A stretch of 34,141 nucleotides of DNA from Deltaproteobacteria bacterium (GCA_034670305.1 JAXMNT010000069.1:1-34141); one strand, 5' to 3'; positions 10,609 through 20,968 are shown, counted from the first letter of the stretch. A program made the numbers and translations. Notes: generated by a model not told the origin, from the letters alone.

Positions 10609-11298
10609 GTGACCCGCGAAGAAAAAGCCGAACGCATCTCGACGATGCTCGAGAAGCTCTACCCCAAGCCGCCGATCCCGCTCGATCACAAAGACCCGTA
10701 CACGCTGCTGGTCGCGGTGATGCTCAGCGCGCAGACGACCGACAAAAAGGTCAACGAGGTCACGCCCTCGCTCTTCGCAGTGGCGGACACCCCCGCGAAG
10801 ATGGCCGCGCTCGAGGTCGAACGCATCCGCGAACTCATCCGCCAGATCGGTCTGGCGCCGACGAAGGCGAAGAACCTGCGTGCGATGGGCGAGCTTCTCG
10901 TGGAGCGGCACGCGGGTGTCGTACCGAAGTCGTCCGAAGCGCTCGAAGCGCTGCCTGGGGTCGGGCACAAGACCGCATCGGTGGTGCTCGCCCAAGCATT
11001 CGACATCCCCGCGTTCCCCGTCGACACCCACATTCACCGCTTGGCCGCCCGCTGGGGTCTGTCCGAAGCCAAGAACGTCGAGCAAACCGAGCGGGACTTG
11101 AAGAAGGTGTTCGCCGAAGACACCTGGAACCGGCGCCACCTGCAGATCATCTACTTCGGCCGCGAGTACTGTCCAGCGCGCGGACACGACCTCGCGGGCT
11201 GTCCGATCTGCGGCTGGGCCGCGACGAAAAAGCGCATGGCGCAAGAAGCGGAGTGGGGCGGCTGCAACCCGCCGAAGGCCAAGAAGCAGAAGCCCTAG
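10609..11298 (+). CDS. nth: Endonuclease III
   Basis: [17 protein letters not shown], Hh[20 protein letters not shown]. Confidence 0.95.
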   Translation: MTREEKAERISTMLEKLYPKPPIPLDHKDPYTLLVAVMLSAQTTDKKVNEVTPSLFAVADTPAKMAALEVERIRELIRQIGLAPTKAKNLRAMGELLVERHAGVVPKSSEALEALPGVGHKTASVVLAQAFDIPAFPVDTHIHRLAARWGLSEAKNVEQTERDLKKVFAEDTWNRRHLQIIYFGREYCPARGHDLAGCPICGWAATKKRMAQEAEWGGCNPPKAKKQKP

Positions 11299-11300
11299 GG

Positions 11301-11716
<416 letters not shown>

Positions 11717-11820
11717 CCCGGCCGCCACAGGCGACAGCCCACGAACTCGGTTCGTCTCCCGCTCACGGCGCAGCTCGCTATGATGCCGGACCGGGTCCAT
11801 CGTACGGACCGCGAGGAAAG

Positions 11821-12429
11821 GTGGGCGTCGTGGATTCAGAACATCGGGTCGAGATCTTCTTCGACTACTCCTCGCCGTTTGCGTACCTCGGCTCGACCCA
11901 GATCGAAGCGATCGCGGAGGCGACGGAAGCCAAGGTGGTGTGGCGGCCGTTCTTGCTCGGCGCGCTCTTCAAAGAGATCGGCACGCCCATCGTTCCGATG
12001 GCCACGTTCCCGCAGGCGAAGGCCGACCACGCCCGCAAGGACATGGAGCGATGGGCCGAGTGGTACGAGGTGCCGCTCCACTTTCCGAGCAACTTCCCCA
12101 TCCACACCGTGATGGCGCTGCGCCTCACGCTCGCAACTCCGGTCGAACGCCGCCCTGCACTCATCCACCGCATCATGCGGCTCGTGTGGGTCGAGGACGC
12201 GCTGCCGGACGAAGCGGGCTTGCTGCGGTGCCTGGAAGACGTGGGGCTCGACACGAGCCTGCTCGACCAAGTGGGCAACGACGACATCAAACAAGCCCTC
12301 CGAGGCGCCACCGACGGAGCCCTCGCCCGCGGCGTGCCCGGCGCCCCCACCTTCTTCGTCGGCGAAGAACTCTTCTGGGGCCAAGACCGCCTCCTCTTCG
12401 TCGAAGCCGCCCTCCGAAGCCGGACCTGA
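11821..12429 (+). CDS. 2-hydroxychromene-2-carboxylate isomerase / DsbA-like (GST kappa) protein
   Basis: FFDYSSPFAYLG, WRPFLLG, RGVPGAPTFFVGEELFWGQDRL. Confidence 0.92.
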   Translation: MGVVDSEHRVEIFFDYSSPFAYLGSTQIEAIAEATEAKVVWRPFLLGALFKEIGTPIVPMATFPQAKADHARKDMERWAEWYEVPLHFPSNFPIHTVMALRLTLATPVERRPALIHRIMRLVWVEDALPDEAGLLRCLEDVGLDTSLLDQVGNDDIKQALRGATDGALARGVPGAPTFFVGEELFWGQDRLLFVEAALRSRT

Positions 12430-12499
12430 GCGGCTGCACTGGCGTCACGCATCCGCTCGCCGGACTTGAGCGGGTACACTGGCGTCATGCATCCGCTCA
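12420..12499. repeat. Two tandem 40-bp palindromic (REP-like) units
   Basis: CCGGACYTGAGCGGSTRCACTGGCGTCAYGCATCCGCTCR twice; each unit has a GAGCGG/CCGCTC stem. Confidence 0.85.
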
Positions 12500-12560
12500 C
12501 GCATCACTGGCGCAACAGACTTGAGTCGAACTCGTAGCTGAAGGGTGTGATCATCCGGGC

Positions 12561-12863
12561 ATGGACGCGGCGCATAGCAGACGGGTGCTCGAACACATCG
12601 GGGTGCCATCCGAGGTCGCGGGGATCGCGGCGTACATTCTGTTCTTCGAGCGGGTCCGGGCCGAAGGTGGGGTGGCGATTCTGAAACTGGATGGCCAGCG
12701 CGGACCGGGAGACAACGGCCCGTACACCGTGGTGATCACCAGCGAACGTTTGCGGCACGGCCACGTTCGTCGCGATGCGGAGACGCTGGACGGCGCGATG
12801 GACTTCTGCATCGCGACCTACGGGTACGAGGTCTGGGGCATTCCTATGCCCTCGCGTTCCTGA
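12561..12863 (+). CDS. Hypothetical protein (possible immunity-type protein)
   Basis: 100 aa with globular composition; KLDGQR...GPYTVVI motif. Confidence 0.65.
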   Translation: MDAAHSRRVLEHIGVPSEVAGIAAYILFFERVRAEGGVAILKLDGQRGPGDNGPYTVVITSERLRHGHVRRDAETLDGAMDFCIATYGYEVWGIPMPSRS

Positions 12864-13136
12864 GACGACCGTACGAGCGTGACGCTCGGCAGAAGCTGGT
12901 TAGGGTGCGCGCCGAAGGAACTCGACGTGACCAAAAAGGACTACACGACCCGGCTGGACAAGGTGTCGACCTGGAATGAGTTTTGGTTTCGTGGGTGTGG
13001 GCGCAGCCTGTCCACCACCCTCGTGGGCCGGTGGGACGTGGTGCTCAACACCCCCCTGAAGGTGATGTTGGTCAGCGCGGAGCCCGCCGTCGTCTACCCG
13101 TCTGGGCACAGGCTGGCAAAGCGCACCCGAGGCAAG

Positions 13137-13673
13137 ATGTACTGCGTTCTGACGGGGGTCGATCTCGACGTGGGATCGAGCCTGGAGGACGTCTCATTCG
13201 AGGACGGCGTGGTGGAGTCGCGGTCCATCAGAAGTCCGTGCCGGTTCCACGTCACGGAGTTCGAACGTTTCGAACATTGGTCCACGCCGACCGTGATCGA
13301 AACGGTTCACGCAACAATGGTTTTGGGTGGGCCCGACGTGGTGTCGATCCAGCGCCAACTCGAGACGCTGCTGGACGCGTGGCACGGGGGCTTGGTGGGT
13401 GCGCGGGTAATGATGGAGCAAGCAGAGCTCATGTGGATACAGCTGGAGGCCCAGCTGGACACCCACGACGGGCCGCTGTGGGTTGCGGTAACTCTTCTCG
13501 GATCGCTCAACGTTCACATCTTCCTCCCTCAGGACGCGCCGCTCTTCTTGGACCTGATCGGGGGAGACGCACCAGACGACGTTCGACTGGCCGAGTTCGA
13601 GCGTGATGCCACCGACTACGAGATGCGTGCCGAGGTGCTCAGCGGCGACGCCTTCTACGCTGTGGGTCGTTGA
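13137..13673 (+). CDS. Hypothetical acidic protein; frame open from 12879, start uncertain
   Basis: ATG 13137 preceded by GAGG; codon usage visibly less GC3-biased than neighbouring genes. Confidence 0.55.
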   Translation: MYCVLTGVDLDVGSSLEDVSFEDGVVESRSIRSPCRFHVTEFERFEHWSTPTVIETVHATMVLGGPDVVSIQRQLETLLDAWHGGLVGARVMMEQAELMWIQLEAQLDTHDGPLWVAVTLLGSLNVHIFLPQDAPLFLDLIGGDAPDDVRLAEFERDATDYEMRAEVLSGDAFYAVGR

Positions 13674-13719
13674 GCGCGCACACCAGAACGCACCCGAGCT
13701 AGAACCCGCTCACCGTCCG

Positions 13720-13760
13720 AAAAGGCGCACGCCCCGGCTCTCTCGAGTCGGGGCGTGCGC
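13720..13760 (-). terminator. Intrinsic terminator downstream of the VWA gene (possibly bidirectional)
   Basis: 16-bp stem GCGCACGCCCCGGCTC-TCTC-GAGTCGGGGCGTGCGC with an AAAA run on the + strand just before it. Confidence 0.8.
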
Positions 13761-13815
13761 AACATGAAGCGGATGTGTCGTCCTGGTGCTTCACGCTCTG
13801 GGTTTGGGTTGGAGG

Positions 13816-15210
13816 TCAGTAGCCTTCGGCCGTCATCGCTTGGTCGTAGCTTTCGAGGGCGACGCTTCGGGCGGCGGCGGGGGTGGCGGCTTCGGCGGCG
13901 CGGGTGCGGGTGGCACGCACCTGGCGGCGGGAGGTCTCGAGCCGGGTGCGCTGGGCGGCGCTCTGCGGTGCGGCGAGGGCGCCGTCGATCTGCTCTTCGG
14001 CGAACTGGTACTGACGCGCGGCTTCGGCACGGTCGCCTCGGTTGAGCGCGGCGGCGGCTTGGCGCTGGGCGCGGGCGGCTTCGACGGTGGCGACCATGGC
14101 TTGCACACGGGGCATGGCGCTGGCGCTGGCGGCCTGGCGGTTGCGGGTGACCTCGTAGTGAAGCGGCGCGACCTGGGTTTGCTCTGCGGCGTCGGCACCC
14201 GGGGTGCGGTACACGAAGCGCGCGGTGGCGAGCGGGCGGTCGCCGGCGCTGCCGTCGGTGGCGATGCGGGCGCGGAAGAGTACGTCTCGTCGCTGTCCGG
14301 CGTACACGCTGCCGAGCGGCATGCGGAGCTGGTTCCCCTGGAGCTGCGCGCCGGTGCTGAGCCCTTCGAGAATGGTCACGCCGGGCGCGGGCACGATCTC
14401 GATGTAGGCGTTCGTCGCGACCGTGTTGGCGAGCAGCTGCACCTCTTGTTCGAGGATCGAGGCCATCTGGTACGGGTGCTCCAGGTGGTAGAGGCGCCCG
14501 GAACTCTGCACCGCGAGGGCGCCGAGGGTGTTCTCGTCGTAGTCGAGGCCCACGCCGATGGCGCTGACTTGCACGCCGTACTCGGTGCCGTTGCCGGCCA
14601 AGCTGCCGAGCGCGTTGGGGTCGGACGGTCCGATGTTCGCGTGGCCATCCGAGATGAGCACGACCCGGCGGACCGTGTGGCTCGACGGCGCCTGGGCGAC
14701 GCTCTGGATGCCGGTGGTCACGCCCGCGAACAGGTTGGTGCCGCCGCCGGCGTGGAGGTAGTTCACCGTTTGCATCAGGGTGCCCCGGGTGGCGGAGCTG
14801 ACCTGAGTGGGCGCGGCGATCTGCATCACGCCGTTGCTGAAGGAGTAGATGCTGACGATGTCGCCGTCGACGAGGCTCTCGAGCAGGCTCGAGGCGGCGA
14901 TGCGGGCGTTCTGGATCTTCTCACCACTCATCGAACCGCTGGTGTCGACGACGAGGGAGAGCGCCATCGGCGGACGGGTCTGCACCGCGCCGGGCACCTG
15001 GTCGGGCGCGTCGATCCAGACGCCGACGTAGGTCTCGCCGTCCTGTCCGACGACGACGCGGGTACGCACCGGGGCGCCCCCGATCCACGACTGTCCGGCT
15101 TGTTCTCCGCCGCTGCTCTGAACGAGCACCCGCGTGGTCTGCGCCTCGACGACGGCGTCGCCGCCGCATCCAATCAAGGCCGCCAGGGCCAACAAACAAA
15201 CTCGTCGCAT
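13816..15210 (-). CDS. VWA-domain lipoprotein (YfbK-like)
   Basis: Lipobox LIGC; MIDAS motifs VVDTSGSM, GGTNL, LISDGHAN, IGVGLDYDE. Confidence 0.92.
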   Translation of the reverse strand: MRRVCLLALAALIGCGGDAVVEAQTTRVLVQSSGGEQAGQSWIGGAPVRTRVVVGQDGETYVGVWIDAPDQVPGAVQTRPPMALSLVVDTSGSMSGEKIQNARIAASSLLESLVDGDIVSIYSFSNGVMQIAAPTQVSSATRGTLMQTVNYLHAGGGTNLFAGVTTGIQSVAQAPSSHTVRRVVLISDGHANIGPSDPNALGSLAGNGTEYGVQVSAIGVGLDYDENTLGALAVQSSGRLYHLEHPYQMASILEQEVQLLANTVATNAYIEIVPAPGVTILEGLSTGAQLQGNQLRMPLGSVYAGQRRDVLFRARIATDGSAGDRPLATARFVYRTPGADAAEQTQVAPLHYEVTRNRQAASASAMPRVQAMVATVEAARAQRQAAAALNRGDRAEAARQYQFAEEQIDGALAAPQSAAQRTRLETSRRQVRATRTRAAEAATPAAARSVALESYDQAMTAEGY

Positions 15211-15385
15211 CGCGCTACTCCAGTGGTGTCTGCGGGAACCGCAGTGCTGTGGCCCGTCGCCCGGAAAGGGGAGAGGCGGGGTGTTCAGGGGTTCGACGCC
15301 CCACGACTGGAAACGATCTCGGAAAGATGCACTTACACCTCTTCTTGGCGTCACAGGCCTGGCGCGCTCCGCGAGTCCGACCCGC

Positions 15386-15913
15386 TCAGCGCAGGCCGGC
15401 CGCGATCTGGGGCTCCGGGAAGAGCGGACGGCCGTCGGTGCCGCGCACGGCGTCCATGGCCCGGATGACGTCCTGAACCGGGACGCCTGGATCGGCGGTC
15501 AGGGTGATCTTCGTGATGTCGGGATGGGCGGCTTTGAGCTGACCGGCGCAGTAGCGCAGCCCCGACCAGTCGGGTTCGCCGCCGGCCAGCGGGAGGGTGA
15601 CGCCCGTGCCCTGGCTTTCGCAGCCGTAGACGAAGATGCCCTCTCGGTCCGTCACGGTGATGCCCGACGCTCCGAGCACGACCGTCGCCCGCCACTCGGG
15701 CTGTCCGGTGCCGGGTCCCTCGGTCGGGATCTGGGCGTCGACCTCTCGCGCAAGCAGGGCCGAAGCCATCAACACGAGCAACACCATCACGAGGTTGATG
15801 ACGACGTCGAGCAGCGGAATGATCGAGAGTTCGTCGTTGTCCGGACCGCGGTCCGTGGCGGGGGGTTTGGAGTGCTTTCGAATATAGCGGCGTTGGCGTC
15901 CGGTGAACTTCAT
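15386..15913 (-). CDS. ExbD/TolR-family protein
   Basis: ELSIIPLLDVVINLVMVLL TM helix with conserved Asp; ITLTADPGVPVQDVIRAMDAVR. Confidence 0.85.
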   Translation of the reverse strand: MKFTGRQRRYIRKHSKPPATDRGPDNDELSIIPLLDVVINLVMVLLVLMASALLAREVDAQIPTEGPGTGQPEWRATVVLGASGITVTDREGIFVYGCESQGTGVTLPLAGGEPDWSGLRYCAGQLKAAHPDITKITLTADPGVPVQDVIRAMDAVRGTDGRPLFPEPQIAAGLR

Positions 15914-16015
15914 GGCGGTACGACACCCGCCGGTTCTCAAAGTTTCGCAGGCCGCGGGCCGGCCGGGGTGCCGCATGGGATGGATCCGCTAGGTTCCGCC
16001 CTGATGGAACGGCCC

Positions 16016-16276
16016 ATGCCCAAACGCGGCGGACGCATCCGGCTCGAACTCGTGGAGACGGACGGAGCGCGCGCGACCTACACCGTGGCGCTCTTGCTCG
16101 AGGACGAGACCTTCGAGACCCAAGCGACGACCGGCCCTGAAGTGGTCGTCGGGGAGCTCGATGGCGCGCCCGAGTGGCTGGTCGCCCACGTGCGCCCGCT
16201 GCTCAGGCAAGCTGCGAGCCGGGCGAAAGACGGGCGCTGGCCGAGACGGCTGATGCGTTGGCGCGCGCCGCGTTAG
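16016..16276 (+). CDS. Small hypothetical protein (alternative start 16004)
   Basis: GC3-rich frame; ends WPRRLMRWR. Confidence 0.65.
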   Translation: MPKRGGRIRLELVETDGARATYTVALLLEDETFETQATTGPEVVVGELDGAPEWLVAHVRPLLRQAASRAKDGRWPRRLMRWRAPR

Positions 16277-16292
16277 GCGGGGCAGCGGGCGG

Positions 16293-16622
16293 GCTGAGGC
16301 TGTGGAGTGAGGCTGTGGAGTGAGGCTGTGGCTGCCAGCTGACGCCGAAACCGACACCGAAGCCCGAAGCCGACACCGAAGCCCGAAGCCGATTCCGAAT
16401 CCGATTCCGAAGCCGAACCTGAAGCCGAAGCCGAAGCCGATCCCGAAAGCCGACCCCGAAGCCGAAGCCGAAGCCGACCCCGAAGCCGACGCCGACGCCG
16501 AAGCCGACGCCGACACCGAAGCCGACAGCGAAGCCGACACCGAAGCCGATGAAGCCGACACCGAAGCCGATCCCCCGCTTCCGCTTCCGCTTGCCGCTTC
16601 CGCTTCCGCTTTCCGCTTGCTG
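16293..16622. repeat. Composite hexamer tract in opposite orientation to the 11301 tract
   Basis: 15-mer TGAGGCTGTGGAGTG-like repeats, (CCGAAG/CCGACA)n, GATCCCCC junction, (CCGCTT)n. Confidence 0.95.
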
Positions 16623-16623
16623 C

Positions 16624-18825
16624 CTACAGCGGGAGCGCTTCGATCAGTTCGTCGTTCGTGAGGACGGGGGCGATGACGCCGGCGTCCGGGCCGCCGTCGA
16701 TGGCGGCGTCCGGAAGGTCGAGGGTGATGGGGGTGATGTTGCCCATGCGGTCGACTTCGACGGTCTGGCCGTCGGGCATCACGAAGGCGCCGACGTCTTC
16801 GTCCCACTTCGGCAGGCCGTGGGGGATCGGGGTCATGCGGCGGCCGCGGATGCGGCCTTCGAGCACGTTGACGCGCAAGGGCGTCTCGAGTTCGAACTGG
16901 TACCCGCCTTCGTTGAGCTCGAGCTGCACGGTCTCGCCGTCGTGTTCGAGTTCGCGTCGGAACCCGAGCGTCTGCTGGCCGACGCGGCGGTGGGGCCGGC
17001 GGGAGAGGACATAGCTCATCAGGCGCACCGCGATGTGGTTGTGCAGGCGGTGACAGCCATGGGAGTGGCGCCGCATGATGCTCATGTAGTCGACGCTGCC
17101 GTGGGTGCGGATGCCTTCGTCGCCGCCGAGTCGGATTTCGCCATCGCGCTCCAGGAACCGCTGGTGGTACGCGGCGACCAGGCCGTACGCGCTGGCGTAG
17201 GACGGGCCGGTCTCGTGGTAGTTCGCGACGTAGCGCGGCTCGCCTCGCCCGCGGCGGGGGTTGCGGCGCATCAAGCTGCGGTGCGGGGTGCTCTCGGGCG
17301 GGAGCCACACCGGCGACGCCACGATGCGGTGCCAGACACGCTCGCCGATCTCGGAGACCTTGAACTTCCACATGCTCACGCCGTCGATGAGCTCGGTCCG
17401 CCAGCCTCCGATGGTGGTGCCGAAGCGGGCGAGCGGGATGCGCTGGTCGCGGTAGTTGACGAAGATCGTCAGACGCGGGCGACGCTGGATCGGCTGGGCG
17501 CGTTCCCGACCGTCGGGGCCGTAGGGGAACTCGTACCAGAGGTCGCCTCGGTCGATCTCGACTTCGAGATCCATCTCGGCCGAGTAGTACTCGGGCAGGG
17601 TCGGCTTCTCGATCGCCACGACGTGGTTCTCGCCCGGCTCGAGCGTGCCGAGTTCGTTCAGGAAGGCGAGGGTGCCTTCGGGGGTCTGCAGGCCGAACGC
17701 TTCGATCACGTTCTGCCGGAGCTCCGCTTCCAGGTTCGGGATCGGGTGTTGTTCGCCGTCGGCGCCACGGAAGGTGCGGGGTTCGCCGTCGGCGCGTTCG
17801 CTCCGGCTGCCGTCTTCGATGATGCCGGCCGCGTGCATGGCCCGCTCGGTCAGCACACGAAGCACGGCTTCGCGCTCCACTTCGACCGGCGTCTCGCGCA
17901 GACGGTTGAGTGTCTCGCGGCCGAGGAAACCCCACCCGTAGACGCGGTGGCGTCGCTCGAACTCGGCGAGCGCTTCGTGGGTGGCCCAGTCGAGTGCGCC
18001 GCGTTCGGGCGCGCCGCGATCTTCGTAGTAGCCCTCGCACTGCAAGCGGGCTTGGGCGGCGCGAATGGCGGCGACCTGCGGCGCCTGACGTTGGTACTCC
18101 CGGGCCCGCGCGGCGTCTCGGGTATCGAGGCCTTCGAGGTCGAGGGTCATCGGTTCGGCGCTGTGCCGGGTGGCGAGCGCCGTCACTTGGCGTTCGAGCA
18201 CATTGAAGCGTCGCGCGTCTCGTTTCGCGCGGTCGTTGTCCCGGTAGGAGACGAATCCGTCGAAGTCGATCAGCGGCTGCAGATCGATGTTCTGCGCGCA
18301 TTCGAGTTCGCTGGCGTGGGCCAGGCGTGCACGCAGGATCGAGAGCGTCGGCAGGATGCCGTAGAGCTCGAGGTACTTGTCGTTGCGTGCCCGGTCGCCG
18401 TGGTGGTCTTCCGGGAACTCCTCCCGCGCGAGGTGCAGGTAGGTCGTGCGGTAGGCGTTGGGAATGCGCTCGCCGGTACGGCGGTCCCGCTCGGTGAAGA
18501 GGTACGGGGTCCAGTCCTCGCCCAGATCGAAGAGCATCAACCCTTCTCCGGCAGCGGCGCCCGCCTCGACCTCGCGGCTGATCTCGCCACCCTCCCAGAC
18601 CGGGACCGGATCGACGAGCTCGACCTCCGGCTCGGCTGCTTCGGGCGAGTCCACCGGGGCCACAGGAACCTCGGGGGTTTCCGTCGACGCCTGCGGCGTG
18701 GGTGCTTCGTCCCCGCACGCGGCGAGCAGCCCCACCGTCAGCAGGAGCGCCGCAGCGCCCCGGAAAGAGGCCAGGAGAGAAGGTGTGGGGGTGGGGAGGG
18801 TCACGTGTTGTTCAACTTTGGACAT
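16624..18825 (-). CDS. Large L,D-transpeptidase (YkuD-family) lipoprotein with peptidoglycan-binding domain
   Basis: Lipobox LAAC; PG-binding-like AQARL...GALDWATHEALAEFERRH; catalytic IRTHGS...SHGCHRL. Confidence 0.88.
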   Translation of the reverse strand: MSKVEQHVTLPTPTPSLLASFRGAAALLLTVGLLAACGDEAPTPQASTETPEVPVAPVDSPEAAEPEVELVDPVPVWEGGEISREVEAGAAAGEGLMLFDLGEDWTPYLFTERDRRTGERIPNAYRTTYLHLAREEFPEDHHGDRARNDKYLELYGILPTLSILRARLAHASELECAQNIDLQPLIDFDGFVSYRDNDRAKRDARRFNVLERQVTALATRHSAEPMTLDLEGLDTRDAARAREYQRQAPQVAAIRAAQARLQCEGYYEDRGAPERGALDWATHEALAEFERRHRVYGWGFLGRETLNRLRETPVEVEREAVLRVLTERAMHAAGIIEDGSRSERADGEPRTFRGADGEQHPIPNLEAELRQNVIEAFGLQTPEGTLAFLNELGTLEPGENHVVAIEKPTLPEYYSAEMDLEVEIDRGDLWYEFPYGPDGRERAQPIQRRPRLTIFVNYRDQRIPLARFGTTIGGWRTELIDGVSMWKFKVSEIGERVWHRIVASPVWLPPESTPHRSLMRRNPRRGRGEPRYVANYHETGPSYASAYGLVAAYHQRFLERDGEIRLGGDEGIRTHGSVDYMSIMRRHSHGCHRLHNHIAVRLMSYVLSRRPHRRVGQQTLGFRRELEHDGETVQLELNEGGYQFELETPLRVNVLEGRIRGRRMTPIPHGLPKWDEDVGAFVMPDGQTVEVDRMGNITPITLDLPDAAIDGGPDAGVIAPVLTNDELIEALPL

Positions 18826-19041
18826 CTGGATCCTCGACGCAAGTTTTCGCTGGGGGCGAAGCGCAGGGGGTGTGTGCAGCCTGAGGCCGCGAACACAACA
18901 CCTTTCAGTCTTCGTGCCAGGACAGAAGTCGAGGGTTCTGATGCGATCGGGACCTTCGATGTGTCCGACCTGCCACGAGGCTGGGTCCGTGTGTCCACTC
19001 GCCGATGCGCCTGCCTGCGGGGTTCGTGGTACCCTGCAGCC

Positions 19042-19524
19042 GTGTCGGACCCTTCGAGGCGATTGTTCTTCACCCAGCTCGGGGCAGCCGCGAGCACCGT
19101 CGTCGTTGCGCCGGCGCTCGCCCACGCACTCACGCGCGGGCAGTCGAGTGTCGAGGCGGGCCTGCCGGACTTGCGAGGGAGCGGCTTGCCCGAGACCTTC
19201 GCGGGTCATCGGGTGGTGCGCGCAGGGCTTCACCTCGGCGCGATCGTCCTCCGATGCGAGGCACCCGACCACACCAGCTACCAGATCGACATACTCGCCC
19301 GCGCCTCCGAGGGGCCGCGTGGGGTTCGTGAGACCGAACGCTACGCGCTCTTCATGGCCAACCGTGGTTCTGGCCGCACGCCGACGAACGAACAGCACGG
19401 CCTTGGGCTCGTGCGGTTCGCTGAGTGGCTGCGCGCGAACGAGTCCGGGCTCCAGTGGCCGGCGTTGTCGACCTTCGTGGAGCGGCAGCGGCAGCACCCG
19501 ACCGGCGCGTTCCTGATCCTCTGA
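19042..19524 (+). CDS. Tat-exported hypothetical protein
   Basis: GTG start; SRRLFF twin-arginine motif, hydrophobic stretch, AHA cleavage site. Confidence 0.75.
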   Translation: MSDPSRRLFFTQLGAAASTVVVAPALAHALTRGQSSVEAGLPDLRGSGLPETFAGHRVVRAGLHLGAIVLRCEAPDHTSYQIDILARASEGPRGVRETERYALFMANRGSGRTPTNEQHGLGLVRFAEWLRANESGLQWPALSTFVERQRQHPTGAFLIL

Positions 19525-19531
19525 CGGCTGC

Positions 19532-20968
19532 ATGACTCAGGGGGCCGCGCCGGCACTGCGACCGAACCGATCAGAGCAGCGGATCCGCGGCCAAGCGTTT
19601 GGTCTCGGGTTGTCCGTGCTGGTGTTCGTCGTGCTCTGGTTCGCACCCTTCGACCTGGACGATTCGCAGCGTCGGCTGGCCGCGCTCTTCGGCGCGGTGG
19701 TCGTTCTGTGGGTGACCGAGGCGTTGCCGATCGCAGTCACCGCGCTCTTGATCGCGCCCGGGCTCGTCGCGTTCGGCATCGCCGACGCCAAGTCGGCGTT
19801 CGCGCCCTACGCGGACCCGCTCCTCTTCTTGTTCGTCGGCGGCTTCTTCATCGCCCGGGCGATGTCCCGCCATGCGCTCGACCGCCGGATCGCGCTGCGC
19901 CTCGTCACCTTGCCTGGCGTCGCCGGCCACCCGGCTCGGGTCCGCCTGGCGTTCATGGGCGCCGCGATGTTGCTCTCCATGTGGATCAGCAACACCGCCA
20001 CCTGCGCGATCCTCGTGCCCATTTTGTTGGGCTTGAGGAATCCCGATGCGTCCGACGACAGCATCGGAGACTCCATCCTCGCGGTCGCGTACGCGTGCAG
20101 CCTCGGCGGACTCGGAACGCTGGTGGGCAGCCCACCGAACTCGATCACCGTTCGGTTCCTGAGGGAGGCCGGGGTGCCGTTCAGTTTCGTCGACTGGATG
20201 AAGATCGGCGTCCCGGTGGCGATCCTCCTCGTCGGCATCACCTTCCTCGTGTCGCTCCGCGATCTTCCCAAGCGCGACGTCGCGCAGAAGCCCGTGGCGC
20301 GGATCACCGCTCCCTGGTCGCGGGGCGAGCGGGTGACCGCGTTGGCGTTCGGGTTGGCGGTGATTGGTTGGGTCGTGCCCGCGGTGATGAAGTCGGCGGG
20401 CTTGGAGATCGGCGCGACGTTGACCGCTGCGCTTCCCGGTGGGTCGGTGGCGCTGCTCGCGGCTTCGGTGTTGTTCGTGTTCCGCACCAAAGACGGGGCC
20501 CGGGTTCTGCCGTGGTCCGACGCCGCGAAGATCGACTGGGGCATCATCATGCTGTTCGGCGGCGGCATCACGCTCGGGACGCAGATGATCGACACCGGCC
20601 TGGCCGAACGCATCGCGGTGGCCTTCGTGGACGGCACCGGCATCGAGAGTTTGATCGCGCTCACCATCTTCGTGACCTTCTTCACGATCTTCTTCACCGA
20701 GGTCTGTTCCAACACCGCCTCCGCGACCATGCTCGTGCCGCTCGTCATCCCGATCGCGGCGCGCATGGGCGTGGCACCCCTCGCGCCGGCGATGGCGGTC
20801 GGTCTGGCCGCCAGCTGTGCATTCATGTTGCCGGTGGCGACCGGACCCAATGCGGTGGCCTACGGCACGGGGCTCATCACCACCCGACAGATGATGCGCA
20901 AAGGTCTGGTGCTGAACCTGCTCTGCGGCGTCGCCATCTGCGTGATCGTCCTGGCCGTGTTCGGCTAG
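19532..20968 (+). CDS. DASS/SLC13 sodium:dicarboxylate or sulfate symporter
   Basis: WVTEALP, SMWISNTAT, GTLVGSPPN, TEVCSNTASA, FMLPVATGPNA. Confidence 0.95.
   Translation: MTQGAAPALRPNRSEQRIRGQAFGLGLSVLVFVVLWFAPFDLDDSQRRLAALFGAVVVLWVTEALPIAVTALLIAPGLVAFGIADAKSAFAPYADPLLFLFVGGFFIARAMSRHALDRRIALRLVTLPGVAGHPARVRLAFMGAAMLLSMWISNTATCAILVPILLGLRNPDASDDSIGDSILAVAYACSLGGLGTLVGSPPNSITVRFLREAGVPFSFVDWMKIGVPVAILLVGITFLVSLRDLPKRDVAQKPVARITAPWSRGERVTALAFGLAVIGWVVPAVMKSAGLEIGATLTAALPGGSVALLAASVLFVFRTKDGARVLPWSDAAKIDWGIIMLFGGGITLGTQMIDTGLAERIAVAFVDGTGIESLIALTIFVTFFTIFFTEVCSNTASATMLVPLVIPIAARMGVAPLAPAMAVGLAASCAFMLPVATGPNAVAYGTGLITTRQMMRKGLVLNLLCGVAICVIVLAVFG

Noticed and set aside
12420-12499. CRISPR array or integron attC sites
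   Set aside because: Units are directly tandem with no spacers, and there are no RYYYAAC/GTTRRRY core sites.
15287-15303. tRNA-like T-arm (GGGGTTCGACGCCCC)
   Set aside because: No acceptor, D or anticodon arms could be built around it.
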